NCBI GenBank assembly: GCA_964614915.1
Contig: CAZTNC010000015.1
Coordinates: forward strand, 19,096 to 83,095
Direction of reading: 5' to 3'
Length of the DNA: 64,000 nucleotides
From: an uncultured Thiotrichales bacterium
Lineage (GTDB): Bacteria > Pseudomonadota > Gammaproteobacteria > UBA4575
Under the pieces are notes generated by a model. That model did not search any database. It was not told where the DNA came from and worked only from the letters and a program-made list of their open reading frames with translations. Numbering within the stretch: position 1 is the first letter of the stretch; every line of letters starts with the position of its first letter. Position numbers and translations under genes: made by a program. Below are positions 39,166 to 52,498 of this stretch, in pieces.

Positions 39166-40632
39166 ATGAAAATGCGAGCCAGTCTATCAGAATTGACAAA
39201 GCGATTTCACCAGGTCCTGCCGGAGGATGCGGTCCTGGTCAAACATGAACAGCTGGCTCCCTATGAATGCGATGGCCTGACGGCGTACCGCCAGATTCCC
39301 CGTGTGGCCCTGCTGCCTGCCACCAGCGAACAGGTCCAGGCTGCAGTGGCGCTCTGCAGGGAGCTGGAGCTTCCAATCGTGGCCCGGGGCGCCGGTACCA
39401 GCCTGTCCGGGGGTGCACTGCCACATCCGGAAGGAGTCTTGCTCAACTTTGCCCGGCTTAACCGGGTGCTGGAAATCGACCCGCACAACCGCACGGCCAC
39501 CGTCGAGCCTGGAGTGCGTAACCTCGCGATCTCGGAAGCCGCCAGACCGTATGGTCTTTACTATGCTCCGGATCCCTCCTCGCAGATTGCGTGCACCATC
39601 GGCGGCAACATCGCGGAGAACTCAGGCGGCATCCATTGCCTGAAATACGGGCTCACCGTGCACAACATCCAGGCGTTGAAGGTCTTGACCGCCGACGGCG
39701 AGATCCTCGAGCTGGGTGGAAAACACCTGGAGTCCCCCGGCTTCGACCTGCTAGCGCTGATGAACGGCTCGGAAGGCATGCTGGGGGTGGTATTGCAGGC
39801 GACGGTGAAGCTGTTGCCCCAACCGCATGCGCGCAAGGTGCTGCTGGCAGCCTTCTCTGACGTGCGGGATGCGGGAAATGCCGTCGCTGCAGTCATTTCC
39901 CATGGAATCATCCCTGCCGGCCTTGAGATGATGGACCATTTCACCATCCAGGCCACGGAGCAGTACTGCAGTCCCGGGTACCCGAAAGATGCCGCAGCTA
40001 TCCTGATCTGTGAGCTGGATGGCTATGAGGAAGAGCTGGCAAATCAAACAGAACGTGCCAGACAGCTACTCGAACAGCACAAGGCCACACAAGTGCGCCT
40101 AGCAAGCAACGAGCAGGAGGCGGAGGTACTGTGGCAAGGACGCAAGGCGGCCTTCCCTGCACTTGGCAACCTGACTCCCGACTACTATTGCATGGATGGC
40201 ACCATCCCGCGCAAGCATCTGGCTGAAGTCCTTGAGGAAATTTATGCACTCTCAGGAAAGTTCGGACTTCGTGTCGCCAACGTATTCCACGCCGGGGACG
40301 GCAACCTGCACCCGCTCATTCTCTATGATGCCAACGAGCAAGGTCAGCTCGAGAAGGCAGAAGAATTCGGGAGCGAGATCCTGCAGCTGTGTGTCAGGAT
40401 GGGAGGCACCATCACCGGTGAGCATGGCGTAGGCGTGGAAAAACTCAACCAGATGTGCGTGCAGTTCAACTCAAAGGAACTGCAGACCTTCTATGCCATC
40501 AAGTCCGCCTTTGACGAGCATGGGTTGCTAAACCCGGGCAAGGCCATCCCGACCCTGCACCGCTGTGCCGAGTTCGGTGCCATGCATGTACACGAGGGGA
40601 AGCTGCCCCATGCTGACCTGCCCCGTTTTTGA
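39166..40632 (+). CDS. glcD: glycolate oxidase subunit GlcD (FAD-linked oxidase)
   Basis: FAD-binding PCMH domain; followed by glcE and glcF. Confidence 0.9.
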   Translation: MKMRASLSELTKRFHQVLPEDAVLVKHEQLAPYECDGLTAYRQIPRVALLPATSEQVQAAVALCRELELPIVARGAGTSLSGGALPHPEGVLLNFARLNRVLEIDPHNRTATVEPGVRNLAISEAARPYGLYYAPDPSSQIACTIGGNIAENSGGIHCLKYGLTVHNIQALKVLTADGEILELGGKHLESPGFDLLALMNGSEGMLGVVLQATVKLLPQPHARKVLLAAFSDVRDAGNAVAAVISHGIIPAGLEMMDHFTIQATEQYCSPGYPKDAAAILICELDGYEEELANQTERARQLLEQHKATQVRLASNEQEAEVLWQGRKAAFPALGNLTPDYYCMDGTIPRKHLAEVLEEIYALSGKFGLRVANVFHAGDGNLHPLILYDANEQGQLEKAEEFGSEILQLCVRMGGTITGEHGVGVEKLNQMCVQFNSKELQTFYAIKSAFDEHGLLNPGKAIPTLHRCAEFGAMHVHEGKLPHADLPRF

Positions 40633-40647
40633 CGACCGGCCCGGAAT

Positions 40648-41703
40648 GTGACGGATACCAAGGAAACCATCGCAACCCGGATCCGGGATGCGGCCAGACA
40701 CAAGACCGCCTTGCAACTTCTGGGCGGGAACACGAAGGCCTTCTACGGCCGAAGCATCCAAGCCACGCCCTTGTGTCTTGCCGACTACTCGGGAGTTGTC
40801 GAATACGAGCCCTCCGAACTCTATATCACCGCACGCTGCGGCACACCCCTGACCGCGATCGAGCAAGTCATCGAAGAAGAAAACCAGATGCTCCCGTTTG
40901 AGCCACCACACTTCGGGGCAGCAGCCACTCTGGGCGGTGCCATTGCCGCGGGACTGGCGGGTCCCGGGCGTGTAGGCAATGGGAGCGTACGCGACAGCAT
41001 GCTTGGCGCAGAAATCATCAACGGAAAGGGTGAGTACCTGTGTTTTGGCGGCAAGGTCATGAAAAATGTCGCCGGCTATGATGTTTCGCGCCTGATGTGC
41101 GGCGCTTTGGGAACATTGGGCGTTCTGATGTCAGCCACGCTGCGCCTGCTGCCCAGGCCACCGTGCGAACAAACGCTGGTCATTGCAGATGCGCCCGCCG
41201 ATGCGATCCACAAGATGAATGCATGGGCGCTCACACCGATGCCGATCACGGCAACCTTTCACGACGGAAAAAACCTCTATGTCCGCTTGACCGGCTCTTC
41301 ATCCACGGTTGAAAAATGCCAGAATGAAATCGGCGGCGAGCGCATCGAGCAAAGCGAGCTCTTCTGGACCCGAGTCCGCGAACAAACCCATGAAGCATTT
41401 ACGCCTGATGCACCCTTGTGGAGGATTCGAGTACCCCCCTCCACTGACCCTCTCGACATTACAGGCCCATGTGCAATGGAATGGAACGGCGCCCTTCGCT
41501 GGCATGCCACCCACACCGATGCCTCCACGATCCGTGAGGTCGCCCGTCGGGCTGGCGGGCAGGCCTGCCAGTTTCGAGGACCAGCCATCGAGCATGTGTT
41601 CAACCCCCTGCCATCCGCGCTGCTCAAAATCCATCAACGGCTCAAACATGCCTTCGATCCCGAGGGGATCCTCAATCCCGGCAGGATGTATCCGCAGTTC
41701 TGA
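40648..41703 (+). CDS. glcE: glycolate oxidase FAD-binding subunit GlcE
   Basis: FAD_binding_4 domain; operon position. Confidence 0.85.
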   Translation: MTDTKETIATRIRDAARHKTALQLLGGNTKAFYGRSIQATPLCLADYSGVVEYEPSELYITARCGTPLTAIEQVIEEENQMLPFEPPHFGAAATLGGAIAAGLAGPGRVGNGSVRDSMLGAEIINGKGEYLCFGGKVMKNVAGYDVSRLMCGALGTLGVLMSATLRLLPRPPCEQTLVIADAPADAIHKMNAWALTPMPITATFHDGKNLYVRLTGSSSTVEKCQNEIGGERIEQSELFWTRVREQTHEAFTPDAPLWRIRVPPSTDPLDITGPCAMEWNGALRWHATHTDASTIREVARRAGGQACQFRGPAIEHVFNPLPSALLKIHQRLKHAFDPEGILNPGRMYPQF

Positions 41704-41708
41704 GATCC

Positions 41709-42908
41709 ATGCAAACCTCTCTCCCGGACAGTTTCCTGCAAACAGCAGAAGGCCACCAGGCAGACAAAATACTGCGCAAATGCGTACATTGTGGCCTTTG
41801 CAATGCGACCTGCCCGACCTATCAGTTGACCGGAAATGAACTGGATGGACCGCGGGGTCGAATCTATCTGATCAAGAACTACCTGGAGGGCAAAACCGAC
41901 GGCAACGTTGGGCTCAGGCATCTGGACAGGTGCCTGACCTGCCTGTCCTGCGAGACAACCTGCCCTTCCAGTGTCCGGTTCGGTACTCTTCTCGACACCG
42001 GGCGCAAACACATGAATGAGACTGTAAACCGTTCACTGATCAGCACGATCAAGCGCTACCTGATCATTCGCATATTTTCCAAGCCGTACAGAGTCAGGAT
42101 GGTTCTCGCGCTGGGACGTCTCGCAAAACCATTTTTGCCCAAAAAGCTGGCAAGCAAGATGCCTGTTCAGGCCACCGGTGGGTCAAAAGCGGCAAAGGCG
42201 AATCCAGCTCTGCCCAAAATGCTCACCATCCGGGGCTGCGTACAATCGGTGGTCGCCCCGCAAATCAACAGTGCGGCCGTGAAAGTGCTGGAGAGATCCG
42301 GTATTTGCCTTGAAGAGGCGAAAGGCGACTGCTGCGGCGCCCTTGCCTATCACCTGGGCGATCTCAAGAGCGCGGAGAAGACCATCGGCCAGAATATCGA
42401 CAACTGGTACCAAGGTCTGAAAAATAAATACGAATTTTTAGTTGTTACATCAAGTGGTTGCAGCAGTTTCATAAAGCAATATGGGGAAGTAATGCAGGCC
42501 AGCCCGAACTATGCGGGTCGTGCAGAATTCATCAGCGAGCGGTGCAGGGATCTCTCCGAACTAGACATCGGGCCGAAGACACGCCCTGCCGGGGAGACCT
42601 GCACAGTGGCTTTCCACAGCCCATGCACACTACAGCATGGCCAAAAGGTGCATGGCAAAATCGAGGCGCAGTTGCAAAATCGGGGTTACAGACTTGTCCC
42701 GACCCTAGACCCGCATTTGTGCTGCGGCTCTGCAGGCAGCTACTCCCTGCTCGAAACCGAGCTGTCGGCAAAACTGCTGGAAAACAAGCTGGCTTGCCTT
42801 GAGCACGCCCGGCCCGATGTGATCAGTACAGCCAACATCGGTTGCCTGATGCACCTGCAGTCAGGCACCGAAAGGCCCGTCAAACACTGGATTGAGCTGC
42901 TCGTATAG
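41709..42908 (+). CDS. glcF: glycolate oxidase iron-sulfur subunit GlcF
   Basis: two 4Fe-4S CxxCxxC...CP motifs followed by two CCG domains. Confidence 0.9.
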   Translation: MQTSLPDSFLQTAEGHQADKILRKCVHCGLCNATCPTYQLTGNELDGPRGRIYLIKNYLEGKTDGNVGLRHLDRCLTCLSCETTCPSSVRFGTLLDTGRKHMNETVNRSLISTIKRYLIIRIFSKPYRVRMVLALGRLAKPFLPKKLASKMPVQATGGSKAAKANPALPKMLTIRGCVQSVVAPQINSAAVKVLERSGICLEEAKGDCCGALAYHLGDLKSAEKTIGQNIDNWYQGLKNKYEFLVVTSSGCSSFIKQYGEVMQASPNYAGRAEFISERCRDLSELDIGPKTRPAGETCTVAFHSPCTLQHGQKVHGKIEAQLQNRGYRLVPTLDPHLCCGSAGSYSLLETELSAKLLENKLACLEHARPDVISTANIGCLMHLQSGTERPVKHWIELLV

Positions 42909-43006
42909 CCGGATATCGGTCAACAACCCTGTAAAGCGGCAATTGCGATTCCTCGCCATTCCCTTCCTGCGGGAGTCTGGATGGAAAAATGCCCGTGGAA
43001 TCGGGA

Positions 43007-43291
43007 TCAGGGATCTCCAGGTTTCCAGATCCCGAACGCCTCGCCTTTTGGACGAATGCTGGCTTGTCTTTGCCGTGTGATGTCCTCATAGACATATTTT
43101 GCAAAGGCAACAATCTCATTCATGATCTCATTTTTTTCACCTGTCGGCAGATCATGATTCCCTATGACGAACCCTGTGATGGCAGCCAAGTATTGACCCG
43201 CCAGTATTGGATTGGCAGCACGCTCGTCTGCTTCAATGAGTACTTTCTGAATTTCCTCGATAAGTTCCCTTGACAGTTTCAGCTGGTCCAT
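43007..43291 (-). CDS. hypothetical protein (94 aa)
   Basis: ORF with a GAGG Shine-Dalgarno immediately downstream of rarA; no recognisable family. Confidence 0.35.
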   Translation of the reverse strand: MDQLKLSRELIEEIQKVLIEADERAANPILAGQYLAAITGFVIGNHDLPTGEKNEIMNEIVAFAKYVYEDITRQRQASIRPKGEAFGIWKPGDP

Positions 43292-43312
43292 GTTGAGCGC
43301 CTCAATTTGTAT

Positions 43313-44584
43313 TCAATTCTGGTTTTCGGTTTTATTCCGGAGCCTGCGCATACGCTCCCTGATCTTGATCTCAAGACCTCGATCTACGGGTTCGTAATAG
43401 CGTGTCCCTCGCAGTATTTCGGGAAAGTAGCATTCACCCTGCGCATAGGCATCAGGTTCATCATGAGCATAACGATAGTCCCGTCCGTAGCCAAGGTCTT
43501 TCATCAGCTTGGTGGGTGCGTTTCTCAGATGCATCGGTACTTCCTGGCTGCCATGGGTTTTGGCATCTTTCATTGCCAGGCCATATGCACGGTACGTGGC
43601 ATTGCTCTTTGGCACGCAGGCCAGATACACGATGGCCTGTGCAATGGCCAGTTCACCTTCCGGTGAACCCAGGCGCTCATAGGTATCCCAGGCACTCACT
43701 GCGATCTGCAGGCCACGGGGATCTGCGTTTCCAATATCCTCAACGGCCATCCGCAGTACGCGACGCGCAACGTAATAGGGATCACAGCCTCCATCGATCA
43801 TCCTGCAAAACCAGTACAGGGCGGCATCGGGATCGGATCCGCGCACGGACTTGTGCAACGCGGAAATCTGGTCATAGAAATACTCGCCTCTCTTATCAAA
43901 GCGCCGAATACCCTGCGCGGTGACTTCCTTGACGATTTCGCAAGTGATTGTATTTTCCGCTGCACTCTCGCCAATCCAGTCCGCGGCAATTTCCAGAAAG
44001 TTCAATGCACGCCGCGCATCACCGTCCGCTACAGATGCAAGCAGGTCCCTGGCTTCGGGATCGACCTCGATCTGCCGGTGGCCCAGACCACGCTCGCTAT
44101 CCTGCAGGGCATTGTCGATGCACTGGCCGACATCCTGTTCAGTCAGCCTTTTCAGGACGTAAATCCGGGCCCTGGACAGCAGTGCATTGTTGAGTTCAAA
44201 AGAGGGATTTTCCGTCGTGGCACCAATAAAATAGAACGTGCCGTTCTCGATGTGCGGCAAAAATGCATCCTGCTGTGCCTTGTTGAATCGATGTACTTCA
44301 TCAACAAACAGCACGGTACTAGAGGCGTGTTCCTGGCTGTGCAGCCTGGCCTGTTCGATTGCCTGGCGGATCTCCTTGACTCCGGACAGCACCGCGGACA
44401 AAGAAAGAAACTGTGCATGTGAAGTATTGGAGATGATGCGTGCCAGCGTAGTCTTGCCTGTACCTGGAGGCCCCCAGAAAACCATGGAATGCAGCCTGCC
44501 CTGCTCGATTGCCTGGCGTAATGGCTTGTCACCGGACAGCAGGTGCGCCTGACCCACGAACTCGGACAGGGTGACAGGACGCAT
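43313..44584 (-). CDS. rarA: replication-associated recombination protein A (AAA+ ATPase)
   Basis: Walker A GPPGTGKTT, then MgsA-specific C-terminal domains. Confidence 0.9.
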   Translation of the reverse strand: MRPVTLSEFVGQAHLLSGDKPLRQAIEQGRLHSMVFWGPPGTGKTTLARIISNTSHAQFLSLSAVLSGVKEIRQAIEQARLHSQEHASSTVLFVDEVHRFNKAQQDAFLPHIENGTFYFIGATTENPSFELNNALLSRARIYVLKRLTEQDVGQCIDNALQDSERGLGHRQIEVDPEARDLLASVADGDARRALNFLEIAADWIGESAAENTITCEIVKEVTAQGIRRFDKRGEYFYDQISALHKSVRGSDPDAALYWFCRMIDGGCDPYYVARRVLRMAVEDIGNADPRGLQIAVSAWDTYERLGSPEGELAIAQAIVYLACVPKSNATYRAYGLAMKDAKTHGSQEVPMHLRNAPTKLMKDLGYGRDYRYAHDEPDAYAQGECYFPEILRGTRYYEPVDRGLEIKIRERMRRLRNKTENQN

Positions 44585-44757
44585 GCGGTCTGCCAGTGGG
44601 CGATAGCCATCCGTGCGATCTAGCAGGTCGGTGTTCTGGTTGGCAGGTGCGCTCGAAATGACTGTCTCCTCACATGTGCAGATGTCGGCAACTCAAGTTG
44701 CCCGGGGCTGCCCGGCAGATACCAGGTGTGAGCAGCAAGCCCGTACGCTAGCCTTGC

Positions 44758-45423
44758 TCACTGCGCTGGGTAACCCACGACATCCACTCCTTGAGGTGCC
44801 TTGAACACAAAATATCCCGTCGGGAAGTTCACGTTCAGCTCGAGGTGCCTGAATTCAACAACGGTCTTTTGCGAAAACTGATCATGCAACTCCATTTTTC
44901 GGATCCCTTTTTCATCGAGACCGATCTGTACGCTGCGAAACTCGGTGTCCTGAACGTGAGGAACCAGCTCCACCCAGTTGAGATCATCTCGATCCGGAGC
45001 TGAAAAAATCTCAAAATCGTCCTGCAGGACGCGGGCATTCATCAGCAGCATGATTGGCGCACTGCCCAATGCCTCCATGATGGGCCTTGCAACAGCCTGC
45101 TGTAATTGCTCGTCGTAGACCCACAGGTACTTGCCATCCGCAAGGATGAGTTGCCTGTGGGGTTGTGCATATTGAAAGCGAAACTTGCCGGGTCGGCTCA
45201 GGGCGACGGACCCTCTTGCCGTCTGAACCAGCCTGCCATCTTCTCCCCAGACGGTTTGCAGAAAGCTTCCCTGAAAAGAGCGTACCTCCGCAAAAAATGT
45301 ATTCAGCAAGCCCACAGCCTCACTGCCCGAACAGGCCAATGAAAACGACAGCAGCACGCTGCCCAAAAATGATTTCCAGATCCGTATCACTCGCTGCCCT
45401 ATCCGAACTCTCTGGCTAGACAA
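44758..45423 (-). CDS. lolA: outer-membrane lipoprotein carrier protein LolA
   Basis: signal peptide plus LolA pattern; ftsK-lolA-rarA synteny. Confidence 0.8.
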   Translation of the reverse strand: MSSQRVRIGQRVIRIWKSFLGSVLLSFSLACSGSEAVGLLNTFFAEVRSFQGSFLQTVWGEDGRLVQTARGSVALSRPGKFRFQYAQPHRQLILADGKYLWVYDEQLQQAVARPIMEALGSAPIMLLMNARVLQDDFEIFSAPDRDDLNWVELVPHVQDTEFRSVQIGLDEKGIRKMELHDQFSQKTVVEFRHLELNVNFPTGYFVFKAPQGVDVVGYPAQ

Positions 45424-45485
45424 ATTTGATGGTGCCCGGCGATGCTCAATCTTGCATTACGCCGGTTCCGGCACAGTCTGTGTGA

Positions 45486-47768
45486 TTATACCGGTGGCGG
45501 GGCAATGACTTCTCGACTGCCATTGGACAAAACAGCACTGACAACACCACTGTTTTCCATCTCTTCTATGATTCTTGCGGCGCGGTTGTAGCCAATTTTC
45601 AATCTTCGCTGCAAATAGGAAATCGAGGCTTTGCGGGTTTCTGTAACGATTGCAATCGCTTCATCATAAAGCGGATCGAGTTCGCCGTCTTGACCATCAA
45701 TGGGTTCCAGTCCAGGTATTACATCCCTGCCATCCTCGGGATCCTGGGTGACCTCATCCAGGTAAGCCGGGGCCCCTTTTTGCTTCAGGAAGGCAACCAC
45801 CTTGTGCACCTCTTCATCCGAGACAAACGCACCATGAATACGATCGGGAAGGGAGGTCCCCGGAGGCAGGTACAACATGTCGCCATGGCCCAGCAACTGC
45901 TCGGCACCCATTTGATCCAGGATGGTTCGCGAATCGACTTTCGAAGACACCTGGAAGGCAATCCTGGAAGGGATGTTCGCCTTGATAAGGCCAGTGATGA
46001 CATCCACCGAGGGACGTTGGGTGGCCAGGATCAGGTGAATTCCGGCCGCCCTGGCCTTTTGCGCAATTCGTGCAATCAGCTCTTCGACCTTCTTGCCGAC
46101 AACCATCATCATGTCCGCAAGCTCGTCTACTATGATGACGATGCTTGGCAATGGGTTCAGTGTTTCAACCGGGCTGCCCTCCAGCTCGCCACCCTCTTGC
46201 GGACTGGCAAAAGGATCAGGCAAGGGGCTGCCTTTGTCGATAGCCTGCTTCACCTTCGTGTTGTAGCTCTGGATACTGCGAACCCCGAGCGCCGACATCA
46301 ACTGATACCGTCTTTCCATCTCGGCCACGCACCAGCGAAAGGCGTTGGCCGCCTCTCTCAAATCGGTGACGACCGGAGAAAGCAGGTGCGGAATCCCTTC
46401 ATACACTGCAAATTCCAAAATCTTGGGATCGATCAGGATGATGCGCACCTGCTGTGGTGTGGCTTTATACAATATGCTCAGCAGCATTGCGTTCAAGGCT
46501 ACCGACTTGCCGGATCCGGTGGTGCCTGCAACCAGCAGGTGGGGCATTTTTGCGAGATCCACCACGATCGGGCGCCCGCTGATATCCTTGCCCAAGGCCA
46601 GGGTCAGGATGGATGAGGACTCATCGTAGGTCTCAGAGCGCAGAATATCGCTGAGCACGACCAGCTCCCGGTACTCATTGGGAATTTCAAGCCCAACGTG
46701 GGATTTGCCTGGAATCACCTCGACAATCCGCACACTCACCACAGAAAGAGCGCGGGCAAGATCCTTGGCCAGGTTTGAGACCTTGCTCACCTTGATCCCT
46801 GCTGCAAGCTGTAATTCAAAGCGGGTGATCACAGGACCTGGATGGACTTCAACCACCGCGGCATCGATTCCGAAATCGAGCAATTTCAGTTCTACCTGGC
46901 GCGACATGGCCTCCAGCGCATCGTCCGAATATCCCTTGGTGTCATCGGCAACGTTGTCCAGCATGGAGGTCGGAGGCAAGGCGGTTTCCACTGAATCGAA
47001 CAGCGGGATCTGGCGTTCCCGTTCCGCCCGCTTGCTTGGCGTGATCTCTTCCACGGTCGGCTCGATGCGGGGCGGGGATTTCTGGATCTTCACCTTTTTG
47101 GCCTTGACCACCTTTTCACGGGCAGTTCTCGCCTGTTTGCCCAGGTGCCTCTCTCTTAGCAGGCTGATCAGTCTCCAAAGCCATGAACTGATCTTCAGGA
47201 TGTATTTCCCGGTTGTGTCCAAAAGCCATAACAATGAGAAATGCGAGAACACCGTGATACCGGCAAAAAACAGTGCCAGCAGCAGCAAAGTGGCACCGAC
47301 AAAATTGAAGACGGCAAGGAAGCCCGTACCGACAATGTCGCCCAGAACACCGCCTGCCGTGTGCGGAAGAAAGCCTGGCTGAAAATGCAAAGCCGCCAGT
47401 CCACAGCCTGCCGCCAAAGTCAGCAAGAAGCCGGCCCAGCGTACTCCCAGTGTCCGGTAATCGACAGCTTGCGTATCCGTTCCACCCCGGTACAACAGCC
47501 ATCCACTGTAGGCCACCATGATGGGGGCAAGGTAAGACAGGTAGCCAAATAGGAAAAAAAACAGGTCCGCAAACCAGGCGCCGGCCCTGCCGCCAAGATT
47601 GTTTGCAACCAGGTCATGGCCCGCCTGGGTCCAGCGGGGGTCCGACTGCTGATACGTAAGCAGCGCCAGCATCAGATAAGCACCCAGTGCAGCCAGTATC
47701 AGTAGAACGCTTTCACGCAGGCCCCTAGGCAAGGAAGCCCGATCACTGGATTTCGATGGCTTTTTCAA
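45486..47768 (-). CDS. ftsK: DNA translocase FtsK
   Basis: N-terminal TM domain, Pro-rich linker, FtsK/SpoIIIE motor (GTTGSGKS), gamma domain. Confidence 0.95.
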   Translation of the reverse strand: MKKPSKSSDRASLPRGLRESVLLILAALGAYLMLALLTYQQSDPRWTQAGHDLVANNLGGRAGAWFADLFFFLFGYLSYLAPIMVAYSGWLLYRGGTDTQAVDYRTLGVRWAGFLLTLAAGCGLAALHFQPGFLPHTAGGVLGDIVGTGFLAVFNFVGATLLLLALFFAGITVFSHFSLLWLLDTTGKYILKISSWLWRLISLLRERHLGKQARTAREKVVKAKKVKIQKSPPRIEPTVEEITPSKRAERERQIPLFDSVETALPPTSMLDNVADDTKGYSDDALEAMSRQVELKLLDFGIDAAVVEVHPGPVITRFELQLAAGIKVSKVSNLAKDLARALSVVSVRIVEVIPGKSHVGLEIPNEYRELVVLSDILRSETYDESSSILTLALGKDISGRPIVVDLAKMPHLLVAGTTGSGKSVALNAMLLSILYKATPQQVRIILIDPKILEFAVYEGIPHLLSPVVTDLREAANAFRWCVAEMERRYQLMSALGVRSIQSYNTKVKQAIDKGSPLPDPFASPQEGGELEGSPVETLNPLPSIVIIVDELADMMMVVGKKVEELIARIAQKARAAGIHLILATQRPSVDVITGLIKANIPSRIAFQVSSKVDSRTILDQMGAEQLLGHGDMLYLPPGTSLPDRIHGAFVSDEEVHKVVAFLKQKGAPAYLDEVTQDPEDGRDVIPGLEPIDGQDGELDPLYDEAIAIVTETRKASISYLQRRLKIGYNRAARIIEEMENSGVVSAVLSNGSREVIAPPPV

Positions 47769-47815
47769 GACGGCTCAGCCAATCTGATCGCTTACTCTCA
47801 AATTATCTACTTAAG

Positions 47816-47847
47816 ATATTGAATTAATTAAAACTATAATTCAATAT
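47816..47847. repeat. perfect 11-bp-arm inverted repeat ATATTGAATTA-N10-TAATTCAATAT in the ftsK/trxB divergent region
   Basis: read directly from sequence; AT-rich region between two divergent promoters. Confidence 0.4.
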
Positions 47848-48023
47848 TTCTGTATAACGTGATTTGCTCAAACCCCATCATCGGACTTCTATTGTACAGC
47901 AATACTGCCCCAACTCATGTAAAATTCGCCCCCATGAATCCTGCAGCAATGCTGCCGGATCAACTTCCGAGTATAGCAAGGGGATTATGTAGCAAAATCT
48001 ACATTTGCCGGATGGATTGTTAG

Positions 48024-50229
<2,206 letters not shown>

Positions 50230-50250
50230 AACGATTTTCATTGTGATGAA

Positions 50251-50979
50251 ATGGATATTCACTGGCTAGACCCCTCCAATAGCAACGCCCCATTTCCTGA
50301 CGTCGAGAAAGCCCTGCAAAACCCTGATGGCCTACTTGCGGCGGGAGGAGACCTGAGCGTTACACGACTGCTGAACGCATACCGTAAAGGGATCTTTCCC
50401 TGGTATGAAGATGGCCAACCGATTCTGTGGTGGTCTCCAAACCCGAGAGGCGTTTTGTATACGCAAAAATTCAGAATTTCTTCCAGCTTGAGAAAAACCT
50501 TGCGCAAGCATGAATGGACAGTCACATTTGATGGTGATTTCAAAAAAACGGTTACTGCATGCGCTGCACCTCGAAGTTACGCGAGGGGCACATGGATTAC
50601 CAACGAAATGACAGAGGCCTATACAGCCTTGCATCAACTTGGCTGTGCACATTCGGTTGAATTGTGGGACTGCCAGGAACGTTTAATTGGTGGCGTGTAC
50701 GGGGTCATGATTGGAAAAATGTTTTTTGGCGAATCCATGTTCAGCTTTCAGACGAACGCCTCCAAAATTGCCCTCACTTACATTGTCAGTCATTTATACA
50801 ACTGGGGCTGCCCGTTGCTGGACTGCCAGCTGCCCTCGTCCCACTTGTTGAGCCTTGGTGCAGAGGCCATATCAAGAAGGGACTACATCAGCACAATGAC
50901 ACCTCTGTGTGATGAAAAACTGACCGACTTCACATGGGAACTGGATAACAGCATCGACATCGCCAACTGGAAGTCGTAG
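50251..50979 (+). CDS. aat: leucyl/phenylalanyl-tRNA--protein transferase
   Basis: GIFPW and WWSPNPR motifs. Confidence 0.85.
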   Translation: MDIHWLDPSNSNAPFPDVEKALQNPDGLLAAGGDLSVTRLLNAYRKGIFPWYEDGQPILWWSPNPRGVLYTQKFRISSSLRKTLRKHEWTVTFDGDFKKTVTACAAPRSYARGTWITNEMTEAYTALHQLGCAHSVELWDCQERLIGGVYGVMIGKMFFGESMFSFQTNASKIALTYIVSHLYNWGCPLLDCQLPSSHLLSLGAEAISRRDYISTMTPLCDEKLTDFTWELDNSIDIANWKS

Positions 50980-51180
50980 CAAGGAATCTTTCCGAAAAAC
51001 ATGGATATACGCCCAATGATCTCTATGACCCCGAGCATTCTTCGGTCTGCGTGCAAACATGTATCTGACAGCTAAAACGTACGCTGCTAGAATTACCCAC
51101 AAAAATCATGCCGGTGGTCTGGGGAAACACTGGACGGGCCGCTGTATACAGCTTGCTGGTGTATTGACCGGAGAATCTTT

Positions 51181-52359
51181 GTGGTGAAAATGCAGCCATC
51201 GCCCTCGGCCTATACTGAAGGCTATGTCTCTGCACGTCTGCATGACCTTGCCACTGCTGACAACTACATCAAGCATACCTGCATAGGTGATCCTGAGTTG
51301 GACCCTGCGATGGAAGAGATCTCCTCTCTTCCCAGTGAAGAGCTGCACCGGTTCATCGCTGCCGGAATTGAACAACAGACGGACGTCTTGCGTACCGCAC
51401 CACAAGCATTACGTGATGCTTTTGAGCGCATCAACGAACCCCCTTCCTGGCTTGACTACAAGGCCTTTGACCCAGCCATCCAGGCGTTCTACACCAAGGC
51501 AAACGACATACTGCTAGCACTGGTTACCGGAGTTCTGATCGAAGGCTTTTCGACGTTGATGAGTAAGCCGTTTGGCATTACGGGCCGTATGTTGCAAGAA
51601 ACAGATGTGAGCATCCGGCAATTGAAGCAAGTCAACCGGCATCTGCTTGAAATATTTTTCCCCGGCGGCCTGCTGAGAAAAGGTGACGGATGGAAGTTGT
51701 CCGTGCGCATCCGCTTCATTCATGCACGGGTGAGACAGTTGATGAAAGCTGCGGACGAGTGGGACACAAAGGCTTGGGGTACACCGATAAGTGCGGCACA
51801 CATGGGTTTTTCGACCGCCTTGTTTTCACATAGGCTGCTGGAACACTCGACGTCAGTAGGTGCCAACTATAACCGGGATGAGAAAGACAGCATCTTCGAG
51901 TTATGGCGCTACGTGGGTCATCTCATGGGTGTACCCGAAACAATCCTGTTCAACAGCCAGCAAGATGCGCGCAAGCTGTTCAAGATCGGCTTCCTGTGCG
52001 AGCCCGCTCCGGATGCCGACGCCGCAACCATATCCAATGCCCTGATACAGTCGATCCCCCTGGTTGCCGGATTGACAGACAGGGATGAGCAGGACTCCAT
52101 GAGGAACCTGGCCTACCGTATTTCAAGAGCACTGGTCGGAAGCCAGCTTGCCAACCAGTTGAAGTTCCCGAAAGGCAGCAGCACGGGCGTCCTGCAGGTG
52201 TACCGCGCCAAGCAACTCAGCGAACGGCTGATCAAGGATGTGCAACTGATCAAATCGGAAAACTTCCTGCAGCTCCTGAATGCTTCCCAATACGACGAGG
52301 TCGGCGTGAGCTATAAGATGCCCGACCATGTACATGCATCAAAATCAAGCGAGTGGTGA
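51181..52359 (+). CDS. MpaB-like oxygenase family protein (DUF2236)
   Basis: about 390 aa with the internal arginine-rich helix region (RIRFIHARVRQ) that I associate with DUF2236; GTG at 51181 or ATG at 51190. Confidence 0.5.
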   Translation: MVKMQPSPSAYTEGYVSARLHDLATADNYIKHTCIGDPELDPAMEEISSLPSEELHRFIAAGIEQQTDVLRTAPQALRDAFERINEPPSWLDYKAFDPAIQAFYTKANDILLALVTGVLIEGFSTLMSKPFGITGRMLQETDVSIRQLKQVNRHLLEIFFPGGLLRKGDGWKLSVRIRFIHARVRQLMKAADEWDTKAWGTPISAAHMGFSTALFSHRLLEHSTSVGANYNRDEKDSIFELWRYVGHLMGVPETILFNSQQDARKLFKIGFLCEPAPDADAATISNALIQSIPLVAGLTDRDEQDSMRNLAYRISRALVGSQLANQLKFPKGSSTGVLQVYRAKQLSERLIKDVQLIKSENFLQLLNASQYDEVGVSYKMPDHVHASKSSEW

Positions 52360-52498
52360 AACCAGCCTACCTGATTGTGATATTTGACATCGCTATGCTA
52401 CGGTTAATGAACATTTCGCGCTTCCCCGCACCCTGCAGGGCTGAAAATGATTGCCGCGCACACAATGTATCACTGACTGTGCTCTATTGGAGGAACTC

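Noticed and set aside
43313-44610. Possible N-terminally extended RarA, since the frame is open upstream of the ATG at 44584
   Set aside because: No ATG/GTG/TTG occurs in the open upstream frame. The ATG at 44584 gives an N-terminus (MRPVTLSEFVGQ) homologous to the conserved start of the RarA core. The 44152-44610 ORF is in a different frame and is a shadow ORF.
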